DNA of 63,419 nt, the filler included, from Octopus bimaculoides (Eukaryota), in the NCBI RefSeq assembly GCF_001194135.2. It is 4 parts of 4 records of this genome, joined end to end, with 100 filler letters (N's around TTAATTAATTAA, not from the genome) between each part and the next. Parts side by side here need not be neighbours in the genome. Positions count along the whole stretch, not along the records: positions 47,034 to 61,963 come from NC_068997.1; positions 62,064 to 63,419 come from NC_068993.1; 2 more parts are not named here. One strand, given 5' to 3'. Shown here piece after piece: positions 60,320 through 63,419 of the stretch; positions within the stretch are counted from its first letter, which is position 1; the number at the start of each line of letters is the position of its first letter. The notes under the pieces are model-generated. The model was not told the DNA's origin, ran no database searches, and saw nothing but the letters and a program-made list of their open reading frames with translations. Made by a program: the position numbers and the translations under genes.

Positions 60320-60431
60320 CTTTGCAATTTTCCGGCCATATCCTACAAACTTTACTTCACCAAATGCATCAGTACTCTCAGATGGACTTAATACCTCTTC
60401 CTCATCACTAATGCATCTGTCAAAGACATAC
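60320..60431 (-). CDS. TRPM: TRPM exon (phase 2 to 0): YVFDRCISDEEEVLSPSESTDAFGEVKFVGYGRKIAK
   Basis: Acceptor gtttatttggtttag|, donor |gtaatt; TDAFGE..F.G.G...AK|FVR motif. Confidence 0.92.
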
Positions 60432-60829
60432 CTAAACCAAATAAACAGCTGACGTTAAACTTTGATGGGGAAGGTAGAAAAGGGAAAATAGCAAAATCAA
60501 TAAAAGAAGCCACACTGCAAAATACAAATATCCACAGATATAGAGACATAAATTCATAAACAGCAAAGGATAGATATCTTTTAATTTAGTTGAATAAAAG
60601 AAATGACTGATTTTAGAAATTGAAAACAAAAAACAAGAAATATTTTGCCATCAGAAGTAAATAAAGAAAATGTGGTACACAGTGAAATAATGATTCCATA
60701 TCTGGAATGGTACTGCTGCTACACATACAAATATCATATGACCACATCCAGAAAGAAAAAAAGGTTTCTCAATTGATTAGCATGAAGTCACCAATACACA
60801 CCAAATTCTGACCCATGAATGTGATGTGT

Positions 60830-61060
60830 CCTCTCTTTGCCTTTTCTACCAGTACTACAATAGCCTCTGCTCCTCAGAGCTGGTTGGTCTCTTGCCACCT
60901 TACCTGGCTATCACTGGTACACACATCTCTTGTGTTCATTAGACTAGACCCCACACTAACAATAATGCTTGCTCTCCTAAGGCATTATTCCTCCCCTGGG
61001 ACTCCCTTCCTGCTCATACTTTCTGTCCTAAAACGGCTTTGGGCACAAAGCAATAAAAAA
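60830..61060 (+). mobile_element. CR1/L2-like LINE 3' remnant
   Basis: YYNSLCSSEL..L.PP-like and P...LW.SLP-like degenerate C-terminal text. Confidence 0.5.
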
Positions 61061-61259
61061 ATAGAATGATATACGAAATATATACAACCTCATACATGCT
61101 AATACCCGAAGGAAAAAAAAAAGAAACTTAGATGTTTGCACTTGTTGAACTTATCATTTCCTCTCCTGTCTAACTTAATAGCACAACCTGATAGAATCAT
61201 GTTAAGTACTTTTTGAATCAAGTTTCATGGTGTTATGACCCCTTTCAAGCAGAAAGATG

Positions 61260-61560
61260 TTGACTGAGATGTATCCAGGTATAGATGGCTTATCTGGCAT
61301 CACCTGAAGAAATTTGTCCAGGTTACATTTGAAGGTGATTGGATCTTTTTCTTCTTTGGTTTGTTTTGGGAAAATGTTAAACAGAGCAGGGCCTGTTAAG
61401 GAAAAGAAATTGTATTGCAGTGAATTAATGTGTTGTGAGCCTGAATTGTGTAGGGGACATATGGCACATAGCCCCCAGCTTTGGATGAATTTTGAATCTA
61501 ATGTTAAATTTCTTTCAGCAATGCTGGTGCTATATTCTCTACATTGTACAAAATGATGCG
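61260..61560 (-). mobile_element. CR1-clade LINE 3' fragment
   Basis: GPALFNIFPK......ITFKCNLDKFLQVMPDKPSIPGY matches the CR1 C-terminal GP.LFN.LP...FK..LD.FL..PD.P motif. Confidence 0.75.
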
Positions 61561-61963
61561 GTGCTCACAGCAGCCCCAGAGAGAATATAGTTTCAATGTT
61601 TTAAGGCAGTCCTGATAATCAACATCAGTCATGCCCTTCGTTTTTTTAGTGAATGCTCTGTGGTGTGACTTAATTCTCATAATGTTTTGTTTTTGATGAG
61701 GGAGACCACAGGCAGATAATCACACAATTTGATTTATTTCATCTATAATATCATAAATGATAGTCTATGTTAATTCTCTGTTTGACTTGAAAGTGGTATG
61801 TTTAAAGGAATTATTACCTGATGTATCAAAAGCCTACTAGATTATATTTCTTAACCCATTTTTTTGACTTTCCCATGTCCTTTATTGAATTTGTTCCTTT
61901 AAATCACTAGAATCTATTTTTATAAAATAACAGTAACACAATGGAATAGATATCTCCCTTTTG

Positions 61964-62063
61964 NNNNNNNNNNNNNNNNNNNNNNNNNNNNNNNNNNNNN
62001 NNNNNNNTTAATTAATTAANNNNNNNNNNNNNNNNNNNNNNNNNNNNNNNNNNNNNNNNNNNN
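61964..62063. other. Artificial scaffold linker (N + TTAATTAATTAA + N)
   Basis: Same 100-bp construct. Confidence 0.95.
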
Positions 62064-63383
<1,320 letters not shown>

Positions 63384-63419
63384 GGACACTTTCTGTTTCT
63401 GATATGCCTTTACCATGGC

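Overview
AT-rich, repeat-dense animal genomic DNA with N gaps. The repeat families look like coleoid cephalopod/Octopus; this is inferred from the repeat families only. Genes: (1) a multi-exon TRPM-family (TRPM2-like) gene on the minus strand. Nine well-supported, phase-compatible GT-AG exons at 60431-47950 encode the MHR1/2 (SLOG) and MHR3 regions, and four weaker exons follow to about 41 kb. No MHR4, transmembrane or TRP-box exons are recognisable in the window. (2) Two phase-compatible minus-strand exons (23267-23181, 12298-12183) of an unidentified coiled-coil protein. Everything else is decayed mobile DNA: several RTE LINE lineages, CR1-like and Penelope-like fragments, a Helitron remnant, a mariner remnant, a probable solo LTR, foldback/MITE-like elements, at least three tRNA-derived SINE families, and micro/minisatellites. 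The most unusual signal is a tRNA-headed SINE (3 copies) whose body carries a minimal type I hammerhead-ribozyme motif on the Pol III strand, with Penelope-style inverted 5' duplications. Three artificial 100-bp scaffold linkers (44N-TTAATTAATTAA-44N) mean contiguity across about 24.75, 46.98 and 62.01 kb is uncertain. All alignments and translations were done by eye, so repeat boundaries are approximate.
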